Shown here in pieces: positions 11,645-23,868 of a stretch of DNA of 64,000 bases. The stretch is from Tubulanus polymorphus (taxonomy: Eukaryota > Animalia > Nemertea): NCBI RefSeq assembly GCF_964204645.1, contig NC_134028.1, forward strand, positions 7,626,001 through 7,690,000, in the 5' to 3' direction. A program made the position numbers and the translations under genes. Numbering within the stretch: position 1 is the first letter of the stretch; each line of letters starts with the position of its first letter. The notes under the pieces were generated by a model. The model saw only the letters and a program-made list of their open reading frames with translations, searched no databases and was not told the DNA's origin.

Positions 11645-13319
11645 ATGATCTACATATATTTGGTTTTATCCACCATCAATTTAGCAGGTTGGTTTTTCAT
11701 TCTTTTTTATACGCGCTGATACGGGCCTACAATTAAATCTCATGAAATGTTTACATCATTGTAACAATCGACAATATTTGCAGGATTTGTAAATACTTTA
11801 CTAGTCAATTTCTTCTCCAGTATGCGCGGATATATCGGGGAAGAAAGCCGTGTCAGATCCGGGAGATTTTGAACTGCGTAGGTTGGACCAGTTCGGCAGT
11901 ATGATCACGATGGAGACTGGACGCGACGCTGTCGATTTCAACAATTACGGAAACTGGTGCGGGGCTGGTGGCAGTGGTAAACCAGTCGATGAAATTGATA
12001 AGTAAGCTAAACACCTGGCTCCGTTTGAGTTTTTTCCTATCTTTTTCAATGAAAAGACTCGACGGGGAGCTTTTAAAGGTCCCCCTTTTCATCCAGACAA
12101 AGATAGTAAAATAACCACACTCAAACGCAGAACAGATAATAAGATAGGAACCCACTGTATATACAAATTTAAAAGTTTTACAATCAACAATTAATTCGAT
12201 CAAAAGTTCGAATGACACTTTTTAATTTTTGATCGAATAAATTGTTGATTTTAAAATTTTAAAATCTGTATATACAGTGGGTTTTCGCCTTAAGACAGAG
12301 ATAGTTAAAAGCTGCAAATTTGACACTCATCCCCCCGGAATTATTATCTTTTAGGATGTATTTATTTTAAAATACCGAGCGTGGGATGCGGGACACAGCT
12401 AGTGGCATTCAACATGGCTCTATAAGCGAGAAATGCCTTTTCTTCTTCTGGACTCAGGCCTTCAAATTCTCTTCGATCAAACCATACATAGAGATTCATA
12501 ACTGGAGGTTGATGACTTTATGATCGAATTCTTGTATATATAAATATATATTTTTAGTTGCTGTATGCACCATGACCACTGTTACGATCGTTTGATCAAC
12601 GGAGTTTGCGAATCGTGGTTAAATTTGAAAGTTTACTTACTCGGCTATCATTGGTCGGATGAAGACAATAAGATCGTTTGCAGTAAGCTTTATCCAATCC
12701 CATCGCCCAGTTCCACGGGTGTCAATTATTCAAATGATTATATGTTATGTGTCCAAAATCATTTAACCCAGAAAAAGAACCGCACAAAAACGAACGTTCG
12801 TTTTCGCGTGGTCATTTTCGTTTGTGCCAGGCCACTGGCGAAAACTCTCACAAAAACGTGCTGATAGATTTAATGTATATATGGATGGCATTGGCACTTT
12901 AACTAGGCCTGAATCAAGGGTGGATCTAATTCTATAATTAAGATTAAAAGCTATAGCTTTTGGGAAAAGGAGTATTCACGCATGGAATATTGGGTTACTA
13001 CACGCATTTTTAGGGAGGAATTCCCCGGTAACTCGCGCCACCCCTGCTGAATCAGCTATCATACAATACAGTTTGAAGCTTCTTAAACCCTCATTCATCC
13101 CATTTGTTTCTTTTTTACTTAGCCGATGATCCACAATCAGAATCTTGCAAGTATCAGCTATGCGGATGTGACCGGGCAGGGGCAATGTGTTTCGGCAAGT
13201 GGAATCACGTTTACAAGAAGAAATACAAGTCAAAAACTATTGGGACTAAGATCGTCGACTTCTTCGCTGACGTCGCCATGAAGATTAAGACGTTTCTAGA
13301 AAAGATTTTCGGGCTTTAA
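11645..13319 (+). CDS. Secreted phospholipase A2, copy C (181 aa)
   Basis: Exons 11645-11687, 11821-12001 (ELRRLDQFGSMI...YGNWCGAGGSG), 12558-12682 (CCMHHDHCY), 13123-13319 (CKYQLCGCDRAGAMCF...LEKIFGL); 546 nt in frame. Same intron positions as copy B and the same 5'-UTR donor context (TTCAGAAG|GTGGGT). Confidence 0.93.
12149..12282. mobile_element. Palindromic MITE in an intron of PLA2 copy C
   Basis: AACCCACTGTATATACA...TGTATATACAGTGGGTT, a near fold-back; same termini as the elements at about 21040-21220 and 21474-21708. Confidence 0.7.
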
Positions 13320-14088
13320 TGAATATTAATGACTTACCTCATGTCTCATTTCTTTTGCTGAAGAAAACTAATACATCCATTAAGATTCGTTTCGCAAAAC
13401 GATGCTTTCAGTTTCTATGGTTCGTTGAGTTATCATTATCATCAATTGGATGTCCTGACTAAAGGCAATAACTGGTTGTAAATAGTATTGAGACTATTTC
13501 CAGTCTTGAAAGCCCACGATATAAAAATCTGACAAGTCTTGAAAACCTGAAAAGTCCTTTCAGATAAACTCTCCAGATGAGTGGAAGTATTCCCCCGAAA
13601 CGTAGGAAAAGAAACAACAGGAGTTGTTTAGTTGTGGTTTTTCGCTCAATGTAATAACTACCGGTAGTCTTGAATGAAAGAAAATTGATAAGAAATATTT
13701 TCTACGAAAGATCAAGTGTCATAATTCTGGGAGAAATCTTCATTTCGAATGGAATATCTTACGGGGAGAACATTGCCCCGTGAATCCTCGGCTAATCGGC
13801 CGTCGAAGTCTTCAGGTCGTCCAGACAAAATCCTCTTCGGGCCTCCACACGCTTCCTGAAGCCGTTATAACGATTCCTTGTAGAATAATGTTTGTTAGGG
13901 TTCCCTTGGCCCTGGTCACATGGCCTATAACCTTCTCAATACCAGATATAACAAACTCACGTCGAAAAATAACAAAAACTTTATATCATTTCAGTAAAAA
14001 TAAAACAATTTCTATTATAGTAATGGACGGATTTACAGCATTCAATTTCAATAATCTAATTCATTATTCATTTGATCAAAAAATTAAT

Positions 14089-17000
14089 TCATTCGATTTT
14101 TTCGGTTTCCTGTTTCATCCCCGACTCTTCTAAATTCTCTGCATCATCGACGCTAGAACTCTGGTTTATTTCTGCAGCTTGTTCTACACCATCGGCCTCC
14201 GAATTGTTGACGGAAATTTCCACGTCGGCTTCGGGCATCGCCTCCGCCCAAAATCCATCGACTTTGTTGCGGATATTCGAGTTGATTTCTTTCCATTCTT
14301 TTTGCCAAACTCTCAATTCCTGAATATCTGGCTGTTTACGAACCTGTGAAGAACCGATAGCGATAAAACTGATCAATATTGAATCGAACTAAGAGATTCA
14401 CCACCAAGATAAAGTTCTACAGGCAAAGCTTTGTATTTTGCACACAGGATCTAGTTCCCCAGTTGTCAGTTTGATGAATCCTGATCCACGGGTATTTTCT
14501 AAATGGGATCCATTCAAACAGTTTTGAGTCTTATCTAACTATGGATATTGAACCAAAATCCCAAACCTGCGACATGTTATCGAAAAAAAAGGATAAATGA
14601 CTTTATATGGCGAATCGGTATAGCATACCAAATATCCTTTCCAATGAGATTGTACAAGAAGAGCTGCTTCCTCTTCACTCAGCAATAATGATAAAGGTAA
14701 TGGTGGCCGAGGACTGCAAAAATAAATCAACGATAAGTTACTATTTATTCGTGGCAAACGTTAGTCATGAATTCAATAAGAAACTTACTGATCTTTGAGC
14801 CAATTCTTTACGAAGTCGATATCCCATAATATCATACCATTCCTGTCATCAAAGCTTGGGTTGTTCCTGAAATGAAATAACACAAGCATTTTAATAGAAA
14901 TCAATCTAATGGACATTCGGCTTTAGGGGTCCATAGAAAGTTGACACTGAACTAAAGACCAAGATAGGATTATGATTTTATCCGAGTGTCACTTGTGTGG
15001 CGCACTCAAGAGAGTCAAGCAGTTAAATATAACGTTAAGACTGGTTTAGGTTGATTTTTTTCTTGCTCATCTATCTTTGAAGATGACATTCCATTGAAAT
15101 TTTGCAGTAATAATCAATCATGAAATAACACTCACGTGTACAAATATTCGGTAATGAAATCTAGTGCGTTAAATTTCGTTCGTCTCCTCTGAAAACATGA
15201 AAAACAAACATGAAAAGTTTCACGAAGTTTAAACGATGAAATCTAACTGTAGATGTAACACTGATCGTTGAACATTTATTAAAGGGCATCAAACAAATTA
15301 AATGGTACTTGAATAGGAAATATGGATTACATGTACTGAATTTTAATAATCATTGAGAAAAGTAGACTTACCTCAAAACACCGCTCTTCTTTTGCTTGTT
15401 TCAACATTTCTTCGAGCGCCGGCAACAAAATTGGAAATATATAGTGTTCTAAATACTCTCTCGGTGAACCTGAAATTAAATGGACAAGATAAGATGAATA
15501 TTGAAATATGGTATGGCAGTTCCAGCCCTCAGCACGACCCATACCACTGATCAAGTAAATAAACCAGATGCCTTTACATCTTTCCTTGGCAGGGATTCGA
15601 ACCTGATGGCATTGAGACTAGCCTAGTACAAAACCCTGCCAAAACTCACCACAGCACGAAACCCTGCAACACTAGACCAAGTGCTCAGCTTAGATTAGCC
15701 AATCAGATATCCCATTTTGTTTCAGCCCAGGGTTTTCCATTCAGTTTTTCTATGACATTTGCCTCAGTGATTATACAACAGGCGATCTGATTGGAGCCAC
15801 AAGTTTTCTTGCAGTCAACCTGCGCATGTACCTGCGCGCACCAGGTCTAGCGTGGCAGGGTTTTGTTCCACGAGTCTAACGATGCCATCAGGTACATATC
15901 CCTGCCAAGGGAGGATGAACTTGTAATCAAATAGACTAATATTTCACACGGCATTAACTAGATATGGAGTAACTTCAGGCTCATTCGGGAATTTTTGAAA
16001 TGTGCCTCTTTGCTGACGAGTATGGAGGAGTCAGTTTTTGTTTTATGGAAAACAGCACAACATTATAAGAGTAGAACCTGCTTGATTCGGATCATCTAGG
16101 ATTTGAATGTACCTCACTATTGTCTAGGTACAATAGATGAACTGCAGAATGGTCCCTTAGAAAATCTGCATTAACTTACATGTTTTATGATTTGGAGGGG
16201 TCGGGGCTGGTGGAGGCGGTAATTTATCAGGCTTATCGACGAATGCAAATCCTACAGCAGCTGGGTGACTGATAGCTGCATCGAAATCAGGATCTATGTC
16301 ATCGATGTGCACTTTAGCGTGTCGTTTTCCATAGAAGACAGGATTATGAATCGCAGGATTGTAATCGATATGCTCGGAGGCTACGGATTCCGTATCGTCC
16401 ACGAATGAAGACTCTTTGGCCGCGAATTCTGAATAAGAAAATAATATCTACATTTAACATAATAACAATAACATTAATTTGATTTGCCTTCTGGATTTAA
16501 CTGGTTTTTAACCAAAACTTTCAGGAAAGCTACTGTATTGGGGATTGAGGGTGGGGAAGGTCGGGATTATAGTTATATAGCAATGAAGGCGATTCCCCCA
16601 ACTCATATTCTCTGGTCAGCCTTACGGTAATAAGTTAGGCTACATCGTTATAATTGTTGAAAGTTGAAACTGTAAACTGCAGTGTGTCGCGAAGTGCGAA
16701 TATATTTTTTATTATTGATCAGTATTATTAACTACGTCATTGATTGATTGCAATGGCATCGATATGTTTGTTTAATTGGTGTCTATTTAAGACTGCAGTG
16801 TTCAACATGATGGAATTTATTATGGTTGGTTCATAGACACTATCATGAGGGACACCTTAATTGTGCCCACATCTCTGAATCTAGCCTATAGATACTATAA
16901 TCTATATCATTAACATTAGATGTCAGAGGGAAGTGGCAGAGCAGGGCCCCAGTTTCACAATTAAACGTTAAGCTCTGGCACTGAAAATGATAGGCCTAAT

Positions 17001-17269
17001 TTCTTCATTCAGTTTATCAAAAATCAATTTAGGAGTTAAACATATTCATGAGAAACTGAGTCAGGTAGGGCACGGGCCAAAAAGTCAGAACACTTCAGAA
17101 TCAGATGCAGCCTATTGCAGGCTAGTGTTTGCTGTGGACGTGGAGGTGGTAGTTGTGTGGACAGTGTCACGGCAGTGGTTGGTGGTGAGAATCACTTTGA
17201 CATTTGCGGCTTACCTTTGCATATAACATCCCATATATTCGGCTCAGGAACTCGGGTTAAAAGAGCCAT
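14089..17269 (-). CDS. IQCK: IQ domain-containing protein K (290 aa)
   Basis: Exons 17269-17215 (MALLTRVPEPNIWDVICK), 16428-16180, 15469-15372 (CSPREYLEHYIFPILLPALEEMLKQAKEERCFE), 15188-15136 (RRRTKFNALDFITEYLY), 14866-14789, 14713-14629 (HPRPPLPLSLLLSEEEAALLVQSHWKGYL, IQ motif), 14343-14089 (VRKQPDIQELRVWQK); 873 nt in frame. Motifs match vertebrate IQCK as recalled. Confidence 0.92.
15576..15918. mobile_element. MITE with ~40-bp TIRs in an IQCK intron
   Basis: CCTTGGCAGGGATTCGAACCTGATGGCAT pairs with ATGCCATCAGGTACATATCCCTGCCAAGG; the same terminus recurs near 28390, 31145 and 49375. Confidence 0.7.
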
Positions 17270-18004
17270 TTCGATTGGATTACAACTACTACGATATGAG
17301 CATTCTTTTACTGAAATCGGCGAAAATCTCTTGGGAAAAGTATCAGAATCCACAAAATTTGCTGAAGTTTGTTTATCTGACCCAAGCGCATTCCAAAAAC
17401 GCTACAAACGCGCAAAAAAGATCCCAATTTAAATGGCTTAAAATGCGAATAAAAACCTCCAAGAGTGCAATTAGATAGCTGGATATTTGACTTATTCAAG
17501 AAAATTCGAAATAAATCTTAACGTATTTCGGATTCTGATTTGATTTAGTAAGATATTATTACGCGGAAAAAGTACGTTGCTAAGATGAAGAATTTCCTAA
17601 TCATTGGCACGGACTACTCGCTTGCCTGTGTATACTTCGTTTACATAGTTAATTCCCCTTTTTAAATCTTACTTGTACCGGGAACTGGACTCTTGTATTT
17701 ATATTAATATTTAGTTGCATGTATTTCCCTATAAATTTTGTCTTATATAGAGTAATAAGATAAAAGTTCAAGTGCAGTTTACTATCCCTGCCGTAATTTA
17801 GTGTACGATTCTGGGATTCCGGGGATTTCTGGAAATTCCCTGCGACGGATATACTTGGGATATACCCCTGGGATAGCCGTTTCGTGCCGGCAAATGAGAT
17901 GCTGGTGGAGTGCAAATTTACTACCTCAGCTTAAAATCTAGTGTTTACTCGCAATAATCCCACTGATCGAGAGACACCGTTAGACGTGGAAATAACCGCA
18001 TAAA

Positions 18005-18040
18005 ATGACGAAGGAAGACACGGAAAATGGAATTTCCGGG
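18005..18040 (+). CDS. Candidate ankyrin alternative first exon 1 (MTKEDTENGISG)
   Basis: aaaATG start, 12 codons, phase-0 donor GGG|gtatgt; divergent from IQCK. Confidence 0.55.
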
Positions 18041-19691
18041 GTATGTAATTAGTCTTTCTTTTTAATTTTATGATTTCCAATTAATTGATTCATTCACCGC
18101 TCACGTCACACTCACAGACACAGACAGGTGACAGGGGCTCGTTCCCTAGACGTCGAACTTGAGCTCCTGAATTAATCAGGAGAGGCATTTCTGGCACCGC
18201 AGCAGCTGGGGGAAGTGGACTGATTTTGAGTTCGCAAACCTAAGCTAGTACTTGTCACCTAACAATTGTGCCTGTGTCGTGAACTAAAATGACCCTTCCA
18301 AAAAAATAAATTAAATGCTGCATCTCTTGCAGTCGCCATATGCATGATGCAAACAATCTGGTTTTATATCTGACCTCATCACAGTGGAGTAACTTCTGTA
18401 CCAGGGGTGCTGTCATTGATTATTGTAGCTCTGTATCATGCTTTCACTGATGATGCTGCTGTCTGCATCAATTTGAGAAAAGAAATGCCGGTATTGAATT
18501 TTGCCAATGATTTTCACAGTAAAGTTGTGCTTGCACAATACAATAGGCACTCTTAAAATACTCTTAATGCCTAAGGCCGTTGTCCGTTGAATTGTGTTTT
18601 TGCATAAAAAAACTGGCTCATACAACGACTCATTGGATTATTGTCAAAGTTGACCTATAAGCCTTGTATAGACAGACTATGACATAAAAAGAAGAATGAC
18701 TTGGAAAGAATTGGATCTGAATGATTTCTCAGAAGATGCGTTTCTATCGTATATCCTATATTAACCTTACATTATATTTAGTGGCCTTAAAGAAATGGGT
18801 GAAGTTTCTTATAGAATAGGCCTATGCTATTTGCACAAGTCACTTTTGGCTTTCATTTTTATCTAACTTGCTTTGGGTCTTCTCCCTATGATTTCAAAAT
18901 TATAAATCTATAAAACAAAAGATTTCATTTCCTGGCTAGTAGGTTAGTACGCGGTATGTTTAACATATATAATGCGTCTAAAAAACCAGAATGAAGATCA
19001 TATCTGTGTTTTCTACTTCGACTAACTTGACAGTCTGATTTGACTGACTGATTTGCAAAAATTAGACTAGGCCTACGCCGAATATATTTTGCTTGACATT
19101 TAATATGGAAAAAATCACCCTTCGATAGGCCTATATCACGTTTAAATTCTATAGAAAAAACTTGCCCTCTCTGGCAATAGAAATAACTGGGTTATTTTTG
19201 TTGGTATATTGCCAAGGGTAGTAGGAGGTGGAGGTGTGTGCAGGCGTTGAGGACAGACGGCTCTTCAAGTCTGCTCTTAAGTATTGATGAATGACACCAG
19301 TCCTATATACAATATAATAAACCTGGCACGTCTAGTGGGCGAATATTTTCGAATCATTTCTAAAAATTTCCACCTATTGGGTAATGAACTACCGTCGAAT
19401 AGAAAATCGAATTTTCTTTCGATTTCCGATGTATTATCGATAGTTTATCGGTGCTGGTCGAAAGACTAGATTCGCAAATGTAAAAACAAAAATTAATTAC
19501 GAGTATAAATTACCTGCTGAAACGGTATTTGATCCTGTTGTCAATGTGTGCGCAGGGTAGCGCGGGCGGCAGTCTGTTAATGGCGAGAGCGTGTGTGAGG
19601 AATATTTTTGATGAGCGTTTTTTTTTAAATATTATGGAATAAACTTTTATGAGATCTCAATCGGATTAGTGTAACTTATGAAAATTTGAAA

Positions 19692-19805
19692 ATGGCGACG
19701 CAATTCGAGAATAGTCAGAATTATAATACGAACCATTCGAGCTACGGCCAGCCGCAATATCATTTATCCTACCGTAGAAGTCGTAACGAACCGACACAAG
19801 AGCAG
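19692..19805 (+). CDS. Candidate ankyrin alternative first exon 2 (MATQFENSQNYNTNHSSYGQPQYHLSYRRSRNEPTQEQ)
   Basis: aaaATGg start, 38 codons, phase-0 donor CAG|gtaagc. Confidence 0.7.
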
Positions 19806-21473
19806 GTAAGCGCTCGATAATCATATCCTTATCGTTCAATAAGGTTTAAGAAATCTTTTATCTCTATCGAGAAATCGCCTGCGCTTAAGCGTTAAGAGAT
19901 TTCAAGTTTAGAAAAAAGCTGGTTTTTCAAAATAAGCATATTTCGTAGAATAAACATGTCAAACTTTTACTAATACAGTAGACACGTAACAATCGGATCT
20001 TTTTAACTGTGAAGATTCATTAGAAAATATTTTTTTAAACATTTAGCTGTTATATAAGGATAGTGAAGAGTTCTAGTGAAACCATGATAGGCTTATAATG
20101 AATTTCAAGACACCTGAAACGTGTCCATTACAACAGATCGTTCTAACAGAGAGTATAAAATCAGTTAGATTCTCTTATTTATGACGTAATAATATCTGTC
20201 AATTTTTCGCATTATCTATAGAATATTTAGCACTACGTGCATATAGGGTGTTTTGTGTTGAAAACTACGCGTATGTGTGCATAAATGGTTCACTGTGTTT
20301 ACAAACAATTGACTGACATTTTTTAATAGCTGTCGATAATTTCTTAATTGCGAGAGTGACGTTCTCCAAATCCTACATGCCGAGTGCATTAAAAAAAACT
20401 GTTCACCCGGGCATTTAAGCAATATGTTTTGCACTTAAACGTAGGCCTATAATACTCTCTATATAACGTACCCTAAATATTGCAGGTCTCTTTCTGTTGG
20501 AGAAATACGATTTTATGTATTAGAAGATTCTACATCAACTATTTGAACACCTGGCTTTATTTGGTGGCTGTAAACAGCTGAGTTTTTTTTTCTTAGAAAA
20601 TTAGGATTTTGAAGAAATATATCTATTTTATGTGAGTGATCCATAAATCTTCATGATTCATGAAATGCAATTTTGAAATGTTGATTCCTGTTACAAGGGA
20701 CCGAAGTGCTAGCCAACTGCCTATGATTAGACTTTGGGTACAATTTTGTAAACTAATTGGCATTAATTTGTTGAGATGCATTGCAGTAAATTCCAATGTT
20801 AATCAACTAAACAGTAAACTTAAGTACTTTGTACGGATTTGTGATTGTATTAATATATAGACATTTCCCGCAGAGCCAATTTAAGAACCTATTTGAAGTG
20901 TATCGTAGTGGGTATAGTCTAGACACTATAGATCAAGTTTACTTGTACTGAAAATTAATTTGTGTCTTGAAGAATGCATAGCAAATGTACTGTTTTGCTA
21001 TAGTATGAAAATGATTTGTATAATTAAGTCTTTCAAGTAATAAGCTGACTATATTCAGAATTTGAAATATTAAATACGAATTTTGTTGAATGAAAATCAA
21101 AATACACAAGGTTTCAAACTCTCACTAGAGATGATGATCTCGTTTGTGCATTTTGATTTTAATTGTTGCTAAATTCGTTTTTACTCTCTTAAATTCTGTA
21201 TAGAGTGGGTTTTAAACTGATTATCAGTTCTTGAGTGTACGGGCTATTCTACCATCTTTCAAGTAGTTCATTGAGTTCTAAAGCATCATTTGATCAGGTT
21301 CGAAGTTGCTTTACCTACTTATGGGGGAGAGAGGTATAGATGAACCCATGAAACCTGGATTCACGAGACCAGTGACAACTTGACTGATGTGTGCTTCCTA
21401 TTTAATGGCTTTGTGATCAACATAATTAATTCATTCATCCTTTTGATAACCTAGAGAATTTGCGCATTATTTT

Positions 21474-21708
21474 GTTTAAAACCCACTATGTACAGAATTT
21501 AAAAGATTAAAAACAAATTTTATTAATCAAGAATTAAAATGGAAATACACAACGTCCGAACTCTCAATAGAGATCATTGTCAGGTGTTGATATCACACCT
21601 GGCATTGGTCTCTAGTGAGAGTTAAAACGTTGAGTATTTTGGTTTTAATTCTTGGTAAATAAAATTTGTTTTTAATCTTTTAAATTCTGTATATCATGGT
21701 TTTTAAAC
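21474..21708. mobile_element. Palindromic MITE
   Basis: GTTTAAAACCCACTATGTACAGAATTTAAAAGATTAAAAACAAATTTTATT is mirrored at the right end, with the centre at CAGGTGTTGATATCACACCTG; a degenerate sibling lies at about 21040-21220. Confidence 0.75.
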
Positions 21709-22675
21709 TAATTATCTGTTCTCCAAATGTGAGTGTGGCTGTGCTACCATCGTGCATTACTGTCCTTGTCATTTTTGTCTCATGTCCCGATAGGAATTGT
21801 GTAATTCAATTTTCTTTATTGTCCTTGGTCGTTGCCGCATTGCCAATCCCACGCACTTTAATCAGCCCCAGCGCTTCAATCAGCCCATGTGTTTAAATCA
21901 GCCCATGCACTTTAATCAGCCAACTGAGGTAATGAAAAATATGGTTCATGCGTTTTAATGTAGGTAGATAATGCAGCATGTTTCCCTCATGAGATCTCCG
22001 GTGACAAAATCCTTTTGATGTGATGTGATATCTCAATTCCCAGCCTTCATTATATCCGTATGGTCCCTAGTGCCTCCCCGATAAATCTATTTATTGGAAA
22101 AATCTTTTCTTTTCTCGTTCCTATTATTCAGTCATTGATTTCTCTTGTTTTTCGAATCCGATCGACAAACAAGCGCGATCATCCGACAGAGAGAGAGAGA
22201 AACCGAACTTTCTAAATCCCTTAAGTGGATTTAATAGTTTCCCCGCCCTATTACGTTAAATTGGACTAATCCGAAATGCTCTTCGTACGAATTTATTACC
22301 TAGAAATAGGGGAGACAGATGGCGTAATCGTTGTATCATCCTGTAATGAGAAACGAGACGCTATTCGAAATTGCTTATCGATAAAAACAGCTGAGATTGA
22401 CAAGTAAGGATTTGGACGCGTACGCCGGACTCCGACCAACTCAGCCCCGTTGTCGTATGCTTGTACTGCGTACTCTGTGCTGGTGTGACTAATTCAGCAC
22501 AAAACTTTATAATCAGACGCGTCGAGACATTCGTCCGTTGTCGTCGTAACGTGCGTGGATTAGAGTGCGTGCGGTCGATGACAACAACAACGACCGGCGA
22601 GTCGACTGCATTATTTTTACCACACGGTATTGCGTAGTAAAATCGCGACGGTATACCGGCAGAGAGAGAGAGATA

Positions 22676-22780
22676 ATGACCGCGATCTTAGTGCCGACCA
22701 CGGCCCACATCGTGCTCGATAAGCAAGTCATGCCCGCTTCGCCGAGACGACCAACTCACATCGACATTAAAGACTCGGAG
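22676..22780 (+). CDS. Candidate ankyrin alternative first exon 3 (MTAILVPTTAHIVLDKQVMPASPRRPTHIDIKDSE)
   Basis: 35 codons, phase-0 donor GAG|gtaggc, CpG-rich leader with a GA tract. Confidence 0.65.
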
Positions 22781-23794
22781 GTAGGCTACAGTCGTATGTG
22801 TGTTGTGTAATCACCTTTGAGCAAAAAACACCGCGATCTCAGAACAGATCCTCCGGTTTTCGGCCGTTTTGTGGGGCACCATGTCGCAGCTGAATGGGAC
22901 GCCAAGCGATGCACATGCCAGTGGTGTAAAGTGCTAAGGGGGCCTGGGGGTACTCGTCGTAAGAATTTGAAAAATAGGACCGTTCAAAGCATTCCATGAG
23001 CATCTGGAGCGCAGATATCGGTAAAAATTCAGCCTTAAATACCGTTTGTCGCAAGGGCATCGTAAATTGTATGCTATATTTCTAAGTATGGAAAATAGCC
23101 CTTTGGATTGCCGACCCCCTCCCCAGATATGTTGTCCAATAGATACGTATTGAGCTCTGTCTCTCTCGTGTAGCTGATTCAATGTTCCTTCTATGCTTAT
23201 CAAATATTCATGATTATGAACAGGGGTCAATTAACCCTTCCTGCTGGCCGGCCATTATGCGTTATAAGCAATTTGTGCGCTGGGGCGAATATATTATTCT
23301 CTCTTAATCCTTCCCCCATTCTTAGATAATACGTATTCGGAAATCCTGGGGTTTGCTTCGAATATGTGCGCAAAACTGCTGGACGTGTTGGATACTCGTT
23401 GAAACGTCATTGAGGCTTCGTGAAAAATTATGCTCGATAATATGATATACCACGCAGTTCCGTTGCTTTAGATTGTCGTTCGGGGATCGTCTTCTTATGG
23501 TCGCCTGACGTACTGTTGTGTACAGTTCATTAGTTGTCACCGGCAGGTTTCTCGCTCGCAGTAATCTAGAATCAGTACTGCATTTTTATAGCCCCAGTAG
23601 CCTTGGCAACCCAAGTGGTTGGTTATATACACCAATAGCATAGGAAATGATACAAACAAAGCTTTACGACTTTGATTTTGTTCCAATAAGCGTCTTTACC
23701 TGTATTCACACCTACCATTCTTGTTTTCAACAATCAAATTGTCCTGCGTGTGTTTGGGAATAAGGTCGCAAAATTCAGGGAATTTAGATTGTCC

Positions 23795-23868
23795 TGTCCT
23801 GTGGCATGGTGGATTAAGTTGTTTGACTCACAACCGAGAGGATGTGGGTTCGAATCCTAGTGAAACCA
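23795..23868 (+). pseudogene. tRNA-Val(CAC)-derived pseudogene or SINE head
   Basis: A-box-like TGGCATGGTGG, anticodon loop CT-CAC-AA, B-box GGTTCGAATCC; the acceptor stem does not pair. Confidence 0.55.

Noticed and set aside
11853-12218. 121-aa minus-strand ORF (likewise 3620-3895 and 5881-6149)
   Set aside because: Antisense shadows of real PLA2 and ZDHHC4 exons.
15585-15610. GGTTCGAATCC B-box on the minus strand suggesting a tRNA
   Set aside because: It lies in a MITE terminal repeat, with no A-box or cloverleaf.
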